Assembly (NCBI GenBank): GCA_937625935.1 | Contig: OW569388.1 | Span: forward strand, 186,001 to 250,000 | DNA: 64,000 nt | DNA from: Tetramitus jugosus | Lineage: Eukaryota; Protista; Heterolobosea | Reading direction: 5' to 3' | Part shown: in pieces, positions 33,113 to 44,191 of the stretch | Layout of the letters: each line of letters opens with the position of its first letter | How positions within the stretch are numbered: the stretch's first letter is position 1 | The notes under the pieces: generated by a model | What the model saw: only the letters and a program-made list of their open reading frames with translations | Database searches by the model: none | What the model was told of the DNA's origin: nothing | Made by a program: the position numbers and the translations under genes

Positions 33113-33898
33113 ATGATGACAGATCCTAGATTGAAACTGAAAGAAGCTGTCGAGAGCACTCCAGAGAAGGATGAGAGCTTTAAATTCTATTGTCCCATTT
33201 GTATGATGTACTTTAAGAGTAAGTGACATATTCTCGAATGACCATAAAGTGAATGAACATATCCTTGTTATGTAGAAGTAATATTAATTATCCCTTTAGA
33301 GATATTAAAGTCCCAATGCTGCAATCAATACATTTGCCGTTTCTGTATCGGCGACATGAAGGAACACAGAGCAAAGAATGGTCATTCGATAGCTGATATG
33401 GATTGTCCATTTTGTACAGTATCAGGTGTACATTTTGTTCATGTTTCGAAAAATGAATTGAATATCAGAAGGTATGAAGATGAGGCTCAGATCAAAAATT
33501 TTGCGCCGATGACTCATTCTCCACTGAAACCGTCTGATTCATACGAAGTTATGAGGAAGAAGTTAATTCCGTTGAGGAGTCAAGAGAAGCCACAACAATT
33601 TGACCTTTCTGGTGTTGAGTATCACGCTATTAGAAAGGTAAAGAGTGAACCTAGCTCACCTAACAGAACAAAGAGTGATCAAGTGATATCGTTGAGAGCC
33701 CTTTTCGGTATCCATTCACGACTACCAGACAACAAAGTTTCGCCCGAAGAAGTGAAGAGGAAAAAGAAACAGGAGCGCCCAATCAGTGCTCCCATGATCA
33801 TAAGCGATAGGAACACGAAGATAAGAGTCACTTCCATGCAATCAAGCATCAGAGGATCGAAGGACGATAGAAAAACCAAATGTTGTATAATTTCGTAA
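33113..33898 (+). CDS. RING-type zinc finger protein with C-terminal CaaX; intron 33219-33299, 5' end uncertain
   Basis: Splicing GTAAGT...TTTAG joins YCPICMMYFK to ILKSQCCNQYICRFC...CPFC; ends KTKCCIIS*. Confidence 0.75.
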
Positions 33899-33972
33899 GA
33901 ATCAGAAGTTATTTATTTGCCAAGGGAAAGAACTCAAGAGGCTGTAAATACTTAAATGATTGATATTGTTTC

Positions 33973-36900
33973 TTATAGGATGTTACTGCTAGCAGTCACA
34001 AGAATTTCAATTTGCTGCTCTTTCAAAAGAACACCTGTGGAATCATTAACAGGCAGGACGATAAACTTGAGGGCACCCTCATTCAATCCTTTCACAGAAT
34101 TGATTCGGTAGTATGGGGAAAATGATCGCCCGATAAGTGAATCATCCTGGAAGATGTAATACGATAGAGTTGTTTTGGTACTTGCGTCATTGATGCTCCA
34201 GTGTAGGTTGATATGACAAATTAATTCATCGCCTGGCTCATTCATGGATTGAGGTAGCCATGTTAAGCTGAATCCTCCATCTCCAATTTTAAGTTGCTCT
34301 CTGTCTGGTACAAGATGAGCATAACCAACAGTTAATTGACCTAGCAAGAGCTTATATTCACAATTGATGTCAGACGATGAGTAGCAGCAGATACCAATAC
34401 TCCTTATCACTGATGAGACCATATCTCGAGGAATCATGACCGTTTCTCTTCTCCATCCATTCACATTGGATATTGTCGATTCTATTCTGTGAGTGATCCC
34501 ATCGGCTGATATCTCGGGCGCGCACGAGGGCAATAGATAGTGTGCTGTATTTTCCTCATCCAATAACACTAGAACAGCTCGGGAAGATGGCTGAAGTGCT
34601 TTTGTTATTGCCGTGATGAAGTATCCATTTCTCAAGTCCAAACAAGTTTTGAACAAAGAGTAAATGGAATCACTTCTTGGGTTGAAATTCTGTTTGGCGA
34701 ACATCAGTGAGGATCCTCCACAAAATGCTTCCTCATAGTAGAAAGTAACTGAGATAGATTGGTGTAGGGTTGCTTTGTCAGATGTCATGTACGACGGTAG
34801 AATACTCTGATCACTCAAGTTGTTCCATGGATTGCAAGACCTTTCTATTCCTTCTATAAAGTACTTACTGCCAACACCAGTGTTGAAATTAGAGGTAAAA
34901 GGTTCTCCATATGTTGCTACAATAGGTCTCTCCTCATAGAAATCCGCGAATCCCTCCTCTTTTGTTTGAATAGAAACAAATGGATCCGACAAGCGACTTC
35001 CAAAGTGGCCTGCCCAGTACTCAACATCCCTGCCTCCATCTCTAAAAATAATAAATCTCAACTTATCAAGTTCTTGACCTGTTACTTCAAACTGTCCTGA
35101 TAATAGATTCCATTGATTTGAACATTCGACCTTTCCTGATGAAAAACTACGAAGTATTGATTCGTCTTCTGATCTCAGCTCTAACTCCATGAACACTTCA
35201 TCAGCAAAATTGGGACCAGTTCCCTTATGCCAAACACCGAATCGAATGGCAACTGTTCCACACCTAGGAATGATATCCGCATAATCTAAAAGATCTATTC
35301 TCTGTTCCTTGGTACATGGTTGATATGAAGTAACGAAGCACTTGTCCCTAAACCCATTGCTCTCCACAGCCCATCCATCTCCTCCATTAATGATAACCTT
35401 CCAATGCTCTAAATTCGACTCTCCACTGGAGTTCTTCAGCAGTTGATATTGCCGAATTCCATTCCAAAATCGTGCCTCGTTATCCTCAAACATTAATCTT
35501 CGGGCTTTACTATCACCAGAAGCACCACATGCTTCAAATGTCCACCCTGGTGCAAATAAAGCGACAGATAATTCACACTTTTCAATCTCTTCCAATGCGA
35601 CATGTGTTGTATATCCTCCACCTCCATATGTATTTCTACCAAATATATCAATACCTACAAACACGTCCTCTTTTCTCTCTCCAGCAAGTTGAGCAGTTTT
35701 TAACAGCAACTCTGGGTTCCAACAATAGTTGAGAAAGATGGCATCACAGACATCGAAGAATTGTTTGTTCTTGAGAGTTAATGCATTCTGCCATTTCAAT
35801 TCTCCATCGATAGTGATTGAATCGTACCATATCACAAGTGAGCCAGGTATTCTTCGATGCATCTCTTGTGTCATGTAGTCCAAGAAACAGATTAACTTTT
35901 GAACACTAACCAAGTCAGGGAGGGTATTCTCAATGTTGAAGAACCACCCATCAAAACCATAGTACTCTGCCATATCGATCAATTTATCTGCGTACCTTTG
36001 CCCGTTCTTATCTTTTGACAGTAAGTAAAGAGTCTCCTTCCGTCCTTCATCCCATTCGGTAATGAAGGTAGCAAAGCACTTAACACCATTTTTGTGAGCG
36101 GTGTTGATCCACCCGACAGGTGGAATGGCTATCCTTTCGTGACTAAAGTAGATAAAATAGTCAATGTACTGCCAATGCTTGAAATTATAAACACATGGTT
36201 GATTATATCCCTGTGTCATGGCATCCTCTAGATAACCACCTTTCATATCGTGACAGTGGATTACCTTCCGCTTGTAATCTTTTAGTCTTTGTTGAAAGCG
36301 AACAGATGCCCTATTCATTGGATCAATACCGGGCTCCCATGCCTCGAGCTGTCTAACGCTAGACCAAGGTCTTGATCTAATATGCAACTCCTTCTGAAAT
36401 GCGGTATCACTTGGGTAGTGTGGTTTCTCATTCATCAACGACTCTACAAGTTGTTTTTCGCTTGTGAACTTTGTTTGTACGCTCCACTTGACACTCTCCA
36501 TACATCCAACAAAGCTGTTGCCAAACTTTTCATCTGTTCCAACGTATATTGGCCATTTGTTTGCTGAACAAGAAAAAGAGCATTGCTCCTTCCGTGCACA
36601 TACCTCTCCATCAATGAGAAGAGTGATCACTGAACTTGACTCCCTGGTTGTCGTATCCTGTGTATTATGGAAAGTAACTGCGACATGAGTCCATTTAAAC
36701 AAAGGTATTTGTACATTGGACACGAGTTCTAGTCTGCCATGACTCCACTGTGCATCAAACATCAAACGATTCGAATACTTGTCCAGATACAACTTGAAAT
36801 AGTCATCTTGGTTGCCCTTGAACAGAATCACTCTCTGTTTCTCCTTGTTTTGAACAGAACACCAATCACAGGTCACATAGATCCAACCAGAAACACAAGT

Positions 36901-37104
36901 GGTCATCACATCAGATGCTTCTCTATCCTCCATCTTCAGTACACTTTGAGAAAACAGACTCTTGTGAGACAGTCTGATACGATTGCCCACATACTGATCA
37001 ATAACAGGGTCATCGTTGTCAGTATGATCGCCTAAGAATTGACAAACAGACAACAGGGAAACACTTTGACTTGATTGATCAAGTTCTTCTTGTTGGAACA
37101 ACAT
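33973..37104 (-). CDS. ENGASE: GH85 endo-beta-N-acetylglucosaminidase with N-terminal LamG-like domain and inserted FBA (Fbs1-type) domain
   Basis: HCHDMKGGY, YFSH, AHKNGV, FITEW, GFDGWFFNIE (catalytic N-x-E), WYDSIT, GIDIFGR, ALFAPGW; WTHVAVT (LamG); GGDGW, FVTSY, WAGHFG (FBA). Confidence 0.92.
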   Translation of the reverse strand: MLFQQEELDQSSQSVSLLSVCQFLGDHTDNDDPVIDQYVGNRIRLSHKSLFSQSVLKMEDREASDVMTTCVSGWIYVTCDWCSVQNKEKQRVILFKGNQDDYFKLYLDKYSNRLMFDAQWSHGRLELVSNVQIPLFKWTHVAVTFHNTQDTTTRESSSVITLLIDGEVCARKEQCSFSCSANKWPIYVGTDEKFGNSFVGCMESVKWSVQTKFTSEKQLVESLMNEKPHYPSDTAFQKELHIRSRPWSSVRQLEAWEPGIDPMNRASVRFQQRLKDYKRKVIHCHDMKGGYLEDAMTQGYNQPCVYNFKHWQYIDYFIYFSHERIAIPPVGWINTAHKNGVKCFATFITEWDEGRKETLYLLSKDKNGQRYADKLIDMAEYYGFDGWFFNIENTLPDLVSVQKLICFLDYMTQEMHRRIPGSLVIWYDSITIDGELKWQNALTLKNKQFFDVCDAIFLNYCWNPELLLKTAQLAGERKEDVFVGIDIFGRNTYGGGGYTTHVALEEIEKCELSVALFAPGWTFEACGASGDSKARRLMFEDNEARFWNGIRQYQLLKNSSGESNLEHWKVIINGGDGWAVESNGFRDKCFVTSYQPCTKEQRIDLLDYADIIPRCGTVAIRFGVWHKGTGPNFADEVFMELELRSEDESILRSFSSGKVECSNQWNLLSGQFEVTGQELDKLRFIIFRDGGRDVEYWAGHFGSRLSDPFVSIQTKEEGFADFYEERPIVATYGEPFTSNFNTGVGSKYFIEGIERSCNPWNNLSDQSILPSYMTSDKATLHQSISVTFYYEEAFCGGSSLMFAKQNFNPRSDSIYSLFKTCLDLRNGYFITAITKALQPSSRAVLVLLDEENTAHYLLPSCAPEISADGITHRIESTISNVNGWRRETVMIPRDMVSSVIRSIGICCYSSSDINCEYKLLLGQLTVGYAHLVPDREQLKIGDGGFSLTWLPQSMNEPGDELICHINLHWSINDASTKTTLSYYIFQDDSLIGRSFSPYYRINSVKGLNEGALKFIVLPVNDSTGVLLKEQQIEILVTASSNIL

Positions 37105-37963
37105 AAAAAGTGCACAATGATTTATCTCCTTTTTTTTGAGTGGGCATCAGATCAAAGAGAGTTTAAGCTATGACCTCTATAAGGAGTCCAGGTTTCATAG
37201 ATCGTATGATATCAATCCCGTCAGGATGTAAAAGTGTTGAGGTGACCACCTGTTGAGAACAAAAAGATGTCAAGGAGAACATTTCGAACAGGGTAATTCA
37301 ATGAGAAGTAAGCGTCAAACATCTCGGTCCGAATCCATACATATTTGACTGTACCGAATGCAGCAACCAATGTTTCTAGGATGGATAAAAAGGACTGGAA
37401 AGAACACGCAAAACTGGATCCGAGAAACTCACATCGTAAATCGCAAGGGACGGTAAAACATCATTATGTGTGTACTGCGACTCATTTTCTACAGACCCAT
37501 TTAGCGCCTACCAAACTCGAAAACTAAGGGACAAACACGACAGCATCGTGAAGCATGCCTTTGGTCCATGATGACCCAGAGTTGAACTTTACCGTAGATG
37601 ACCACCAAAAATAGCAAGATTGGATAACGCCCGTCTACGCCTAAAAAGAAAATGGCGCGCATTGTTCCATTCGAATGTCGGTGTTTCAATGTTTGATCCC
37701 CGCCCGCTATCCCATCCAGGGCCACTCTCGCCCCTCATAAAAGCACCATGCATTTTCGAGGCCGTATGCAAAAAAACACTACAACAATTCCACCCTAACC
37801 CAATTAACATACCCCATCTCTCTTTTTCAAGAAGAGCAAGAGTGAGAACAAGAACTAGGTCCTCTGACTGTTGCTGCTTTGCTGAGTTTCCCACGACTGC
37901 TGACTACCAAGTCACATACAAGCTTTTCTGACTAAAAATCCAAGCCAAGCCCAAAAAGCATTT

Positions 37964-38581
37964 TTGCTTTCTCACACCAATAAGGAGGTACCAACACCAA
38001 CACACATAATTATGATGACTCAACCAATTGATGCCCATAATAACAAGGAAAATCAAGCCATGAATGGTGAGCACCCACTACTAGATGCACCACTCACTGC
38101 TGTGTCCAAGTTTACAATCATTATGGTTGACCACAGTAAGGAGAACAAGAAGACATGCACTGCTACTCCTCTAGAGGACAAGTCCACAGTGATGGTTAGC
38201 TCTGTGAGACGGAAGAAGATGATCAATGTTTTTGTTGATCTCAAGAACTGCAAGCTATTGGACAACAATGAAGAAAACAAGGAGAATATTGATCCAAACA
38301 CTGGACGGCTCAGCAGTACGCTGGTGCAAAGGAGATCAAAGAATAACAGGGAGCCACTCAGAGACATTACCCACCTCTATCATCCCTATAGCAAGCCAAC
38401 AACAACAACATTCACACACGCAACAAGAACAAGAACTTCACTAGTTGCCAAACCATTCAACACCAAAAGGACTTCACTATTGAGTAGCACCACCAACAAG
38501 GTCGTAGCTATGACTGGTGATTCTAGGAGAGTCATCAGCAGTCCCTATCAGAATAAAATGACCACGAGCAACTTTTTCTGA
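37964..38581 (+). CDS. Small disordered protein with KEN boxes and a D-box (first ATG ~38012)
   Basis: NKENQ, SKENK, NKENID; REPLRDITH. Confidence 0.7.
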   Translation: MLSHTNKEVPTPTHIIMMTQPIDAHNNKENQAMNGEHPLLDAPLTAVSKFTIIMVDHSKENKKTCTATPLEDKSTVMVSSVRRKKMINVFVDLKNCKLLDNNEENKENIDPNTGRLSSTLVQRRSKNNREPLRDITHLYHPYSKPTTTTFTHATRTRTSLVAKPFNTKRTSLLSSTTNKVVAMTGDSRRVISSPYQNKMTTSNFF

Positions 38582-38813
38582 AATCAAGAAGGACGCACTT
38601 GTGCTCCGTCCATCATTTGAATATCTACAGTCTGTACACCCACTGCCACGCTGCATGCACATATTCAAACATTGAAATAAAATAAGAGAAAGAAAAATAT
38701 CAGTGTTGATCTCAAAAATATGCAGTGTGCACACGGTCAATGATTGATAATTATTGTATTCGTATTCGTGTGTGTATAGGCATGACTTTGGGTGCCCCAA
38801 AAAAACACAAACA

Positions 38814-39620
38814 TTAATCATTCTTCTTCTCTTCATCAGATTTTTGTTCGTTGGCTTCCTTCCATTCCTTCACCCATCCGACTCTACTGTACTTCATACC
38901 ATAAAAATCAACCTTGTCTTCCATTTCTTGCTTGAATGTTGCTGGCTTATCAGAAATGTCAACCTTGTTCAAAGTGGATGTCTCAAAGGTGCTCTCCACA
39001 AGATTAATGGTTGCCTCTTGACCGGCAAAGCAGTGATATGGACCTTCTGGCTTATAGAACTCTGTGTGCGTCACATCAAACACTATTGTTCATGTCAAAC
39101 GTATGTACATGTATTTTTCACATTTTTTTTTTGTTCATTGATTGTCGTCGTCGTCGTGTCATTGGTCGTCATGATCACACATTGAACAAAAAAAGAAAAT
39201 CGGGAGAAAAAAGTTTGTTGTTAGCTTATTCGTACTCTGCACAAGAATAAAAAAAAAGATTGTGTGTCTGTACGTACCAACACCTCCAACGGACAAGTAA
39301 ATTTCCTTGTTGGCAACACCATTGAATTGGTGCAACTCTTCAAGTGTGAATTCTCTCTCTTGGACTTCATTGTCAGAATCACTGTCACTGTCGCTATCAC
39401 TATCACTATCGTCACTATCAGAAAAGTGCACATTGTGCTTGGCAGCTTCAGAGTTTTCTGGTGTTTGTTGAGTCTTTTTCTTCTTCTTGACAAAGAAGGT
39501 TTTGTACACGAAGAATGCGGTGGCCAAAAATCCACTCACCAACAAGATGGTTGTTAGGTTCATATTTTTTTGTTGTTGTTCGGTTGTTTTGTTGCTGGTG
39601 ATTTTTGAGTTGCTTGACAT
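38814..39620 (-). CDS. MAPR/PGRMC-family cytochrome b5-like heme-binding protein; intron 39083-39277
   Basis: TM anchor; splicing GTACGT...AATAG gives FTLEELHQFNG...IYLSVGGV|VFDVT..FYKPEGPYHCFAGQEAT...KYSRVG. Confidence 0.92.
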
Positions 39621-39797
39621 TTAGGTTGGAATCACGTTGTTTTTTTCTTCTGAAAATCTTTGTTCTTTTTTCCGAATGTCCGTCCGGTTACAACAAAATT
39701 GTAAAGCTACAGTGAAATGAAGTGAGAGGGTTGGTTGGTATACAACATGAACTGTTTCTTTTCTGGATGAGAAGTAATCTGATTATTGTATTGGTTA

Positions 39798-40808
39798 TTA
39801 TGCACTCCAGCGTTGGAAATAGTAGATTTGTTCGAAATCAGGTTCCCAACTGTACGAATACAGGGCATTGTAGTTGTAAATGAGCCACCTGTTGTTCAAT
39901 TCGTTCTCATTCACGAACGAGTTACCATTCTTGCGGCACTCATTCACAAAAAAGTTTGCCATGTGTTGGTTCGCTAGAATCGACGCATAGGAATGGTCAA
40001 TATCTTCGTCTGGTCTCCATTCATACAATGGCTTCTCTGGATGCCACTGGACAGCGTAGATTGGATACTCGTAGGCCTCAATCGTGCTCACAAAGGTCTT
40101 ACCTCTTCTATCTCTGTTCGTAGAAGTAATACGAAATAGCTTGTTCAATCGAGCATTTCTGGCCCAGTTCTCCATTGTGAAACCATCGTGATGATTGTTC
40201 AATGTGATGGGTGCATGTTGCAAATTGTTGAACATGTCATCTGAAGGCATATTTTGCTTACTGAACAACTTACTCTTCTCTCTCACTGTTTGCGCATCTG
40301 GAAAGTACTCCAATGGTAGAGAGATGTTCCAACTGTCCCATCCATGAGTCAAAACATTGACATCTTGAGCGGCAGCAGTCACAATGGCTTGCATGCCAAG
40401 GCAAGTTCCCCAAATTGGAATATTCAACTCCTTGTTCAACACCAGATCTAACAAGTTCTTTTGAACTTGATAGTAGCGAGTGTTGTTCAGATTGGCTCCT
40501 CCACCAGGGAACAAGAGACCATTGAGTTGTCTGACGAGTGGTAGCATTTGGCTAGCAGGCATATCAAAAGGAATAGGAACTACTCTAGCACCAGCTCCTT
40601 CTACATACTTGACATAACTCGCAGCAATGTATGAGTTTCTTTCCTCTGCAGGAGTTGTAAACTTTTTGGAGGGAGGATTTCGGTCGTCACTCACCGGTTG
40701 AGCAAGAATACCGATAACAGGTCTGTTGGTCGAAGCTGACTCGACAAGAATCACAGAAACACAAATCAGGAGGACAAAAAGCAGAGAAATTGCAATGTTC
40801 GTTGACAT
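39798..40808 (-). CDS. GGH: Gamma-glutamyl hydrolase (peptidase C26)
   Basis: Signal peptide, RPVIGIL, YIAASYVK, LFPGGG, WGTCLG (nucleophile), QWHPEK. Confidence 0.95.
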   Translation of the reverse strand: MSTNIAISLLFVLLICVSVILVESASTNRPVIGILAQPVSDDRNPPSKKFTTPAEERNSYIAASYVKYVEGAGARVVPIPFDMPASQMLPLVRQLNGLLFPGGGANLNNTRYYQVQKNLLDLVLNKELNIPIWGTCLGMQAIVTAAAQDVNVLTHGWDSWNISLPLEYFPDAQTVREKSKLFSKQNMPSDDMFNNLQHAPITLNNHHDGFTMENWARNARLNKLFRITSTNRDRRGKTFVSTIEAYEYPIYAVQWHPEKPLYEWRPDEDIDHSYASILANQHMANFFVNECRKNGNSFVNENELNNRWLIYNYNALYSYSWEPDFEQIYYFQRWSA

Positions 40809-41072
40809 GTTTTCAGGTATGTGAAACGGTGTTTTGTTTTTGTTTGGTGGATAACTCCGAAAATTTCAAACAACAGATTGAACATGTTACAAAAGACATT
40901 TTTTGTAAGTTTGGAAGGGCAATCTATTTTTGACCTTGATCAGCATCTTCCGCCCCAAAAACTCTGTGTGCTTGCACTTGATTCCTCTCTTTGAAGCTAC
41001 ACAAAACAGAAGAACAAAAATCGTGATCTCTCTGCACAATCATTATACATAAAACGCACAAACACATTGATC

Positions 41073-43874
41073 ATGGCAGCAGAAAAGACCAAAAGCGCTG
41101 AACAAAAGTCGACTGAAGTCAAGAAGGGTGATTTGAAACCACAACCATTGGTACGTATATTCTTTATTTTCGAAACAGTAGATCAGCCATGATTCCAATT
41201 CCAGTACTTTAGCTGAAAAATCATCGATTGAACACACTCGCTCACTAACTGCATTTTCATATGTGCTTCGAACAATTCGATTGAACACCAATAGTCTGAA
41301 GAAGATGAACAATTAAAGAATACTCTAGAAGAACTTGTAAAATCATTATCGGATCGTGACTCGGGTGTTCAAAAATCAGCAGTCGAACAATTGAGATCAC
41401 ATTTGAAGGATACGACGAGCACTGTGACATCCATTCCTAAACCACTCAAATTCTTGAAGCCTCACTATGATGCAATTAAGCAAGCATTTGAAAGTTTCAA
41501 GTCTGCAGACAATAAGACTCAATTGGCTACACTGTTGTCCGTCATGGGCATGACCATGGGCAAGGAAGACGAGAGAGACAGTTTGAAATTTATTCTGCAG
41601 GGAGATGTCGACGAGTTTGATCAATGGGGACACGAATACGTCAGCAATTTGTCCGGTGAGATTGCCAATGAATATCAACATCGATTGAATGAGAATCCTG
41701 ATCTGAGAGATGACCAGGTCATTGATTTGCTAACACTAGTGAACAAGCTTGTTCCCTATTTCATGAAGAGTCACGCTGAACCAGAGGCATGTGACTTGTT
41801 GTTGGAGACTGAAAAATTGGAACAGATTGTAGATTATTGTGATCAAACAAATTATCATCGAGTTTGTCCTTATTTGATGAGTGTTTCAAAGTTTACGCTC
41901 GAACCAGAAGACGCACAGATTCAAAAAATTGTACATAGTATCTATTTTAAGTTGGAAAAGTATCCAGATGCGTTGCGCGTGGCTCTTCATCTCAATGATC
42001 GCGGATTGATCAATCAAACATTCAAGACTTGCTCTGATTCTCTCACACAGAAGCAAATGGCCTTCATGCTCGCCAGACACAACACAAAGATTGATTTGGG
42101 TGAAAGTGAGGAGGGCGATGAGAACATTGCCATGAACTTGGATGAGGAAGAACAAGAAGTGTTGATGGATCTGATGGGTAACACCAAACTGAGTGAACAC
42201 TTTTTGTATTTGGCAAAGGAGTTGGACTCGTTGGCGCCAAAGACACCAGAAGACATTTACAAGTCACACTTGACCGAAGCACGATCGACACTTGCTCAAA
42301 ATATTGATAGTGCACGGCAGAATCTGTCCTCTACTCTTGTCAATGCGTTTGTCAATGCTTCTTCTGGAACCGACAAGCTCATGACTGAGGAGGGCAACAA
42401 GTGGTTGTACAAGAATAAGGATCACGGTATGATGAGTGCTGCTGCTTCTCTTGGTATGCTGTACATGTGGAATCAAGATGAAGGTTTGAGTGAGCTCGAC
42501 AAGTACATGTACTCTGGTGAGGACTACATCAAGGGTGGTGCCTTGTTGGGTATTGGTATCGTGAATGCTAGCTTGAGAACCGATACTGACGCGGCATTTG
42601 CACTGTTGTCTGAGCATGTGGAGGGATCGAAGCGTGATGTGAGAATTGGTGCTGTTTTGGGTCTTGGTATCGCTTATGCTGGTACATGCCACGAAGAGGT
42701 CAATGAGCTCTTGGTGCCAATATTGGTCGATGCTGATCAATCAATTGAGATTGTGTCATTTGCTGCATTGACTCTCGGTCTCGTGTTCGTTGGAACTGGT
42801 AATGAAGATATCACTGAAGCCATCATGTCTGTTCTATCATCCAGAGAAGAAAAGGATTTGACTCATCCTTTGGCTCAATATCTATCATTGGCTCTCGGTT
42901 TCCTCTTCTTGGGTAAGGGTGAAGCAGCTGAATTCGCAATTGAAGCAGCCAAGACCCTCAGTCCAAAGATTGCCAAATCTTGCGAGTTGACCATTGATAC
43001 ATGCGCTTATGCTGGATCTGGTAACGTGTTGAAGGTGCAACAGTTGCTCAAGATTTGTGGTGAACACATTGAAGAAGGAAAGGAAAGTGCACATCAAGGT
43101 GTTGCAGCCCTTGGTATTGCTATCATTGCTATGGGTGAAGACTTGGGTTCAGAGATGGCTGTGAGGTCATTTGATCACTTGTTGCAATATTCTGATTTGC
43201 CAGTCAAGAGAGCTGTTCCACTGGCCATTGGTCTATTGAACGTATCGAATCCAAAGATGACCATTATGGACACATTGAGCAAGTTGTCACATGATGCTGA
43301 CGCAGAAGTTTCTCAAGGCGCAATCTTTGCACTTGGCTTGATTGGTGCAGGAAGCAACAATGCAAGAATTGCTCAACTTTTGAGACAATTGGCTTCCTAT
43401 TATGCCAAGGAGGCAAACCATTTGCTGATGGTTAGAATTGCTCAAGGCTTATTATTTATGGGCAAGGGACTCATCTCCATGTCGCCCTTCTATTCTGACC
43501 GTTCCTTGGTGCAACCTGCTGCATTGTGTGGTCTATTGACTGTCATTTTTGCTTCATTGGACCTAAAGTCCACCATCCTGGCTCAATATCACTATCTGTT
43601 GTACACATTAACATGTTCAATGTACCCTAGAATGCTGGTCACTGTCGATGAAGATCTGAATCCACTGCCTGTCAGTGTCAGAGTTGGTACAGCTGTGGAC
43701 ACAGTTGCCCAAGCCGGTAGACCAAAGACCATTACTGGCTTCCAGACTCACAACACCCCTGTAATTCTACAGTACGATGATCGTGCTGAGCTGGCCAACG
43801 AAGAGTACATTGCACTGACACCAATACTGGAGGGAATTGTCATTTTGAAGAAGAATCCAGAATGGCAAGAGTAA
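41073..43874 (+). CDS. RPN1: 26S proteasome regulatory subunit RPN1; intron 41151-41294
   Basis: Exon 1 MAAEKT...QPL spliced GTACGT...ATAG to SEEDEQLK; SIPKPLKFL, WGHEYV, DSARQNL, PC repeats, GRPKTITGFQTH. Confidence 0.97.
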
Positions 43875-44191
43875 TCAGTCTGACAACCAAAGCTTTACGC
43901 ACAACCTCGAATTAAAAGAATACCATTCCATGTAAACAACACACAGATACTTTCTTCCATTGATGAGATGCGCACTATCTCCCTAAATGGTATCCAAGGA
44001 AAATCAGATTTCGATTTCACACCCAGACTGGATTCCCCACAGTTCATTTTTCCTTTCAGCCGCATTCACACAAAACCAGAACAACAAACAACCACTCAAC
44101 TTTGATCACACTCTGAACAAACAACAACACCAACGAATCAATCAATCAATCAATCAATTATATCTAGAAAGAAAAAAAAATCACACTCATC

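Noticed and set aside
41151-41294. Intronic box C/D snoRNA in RPN1
   Set aside because: A CTGA is present but there is no proper RTGATGA box C or terminal stem.
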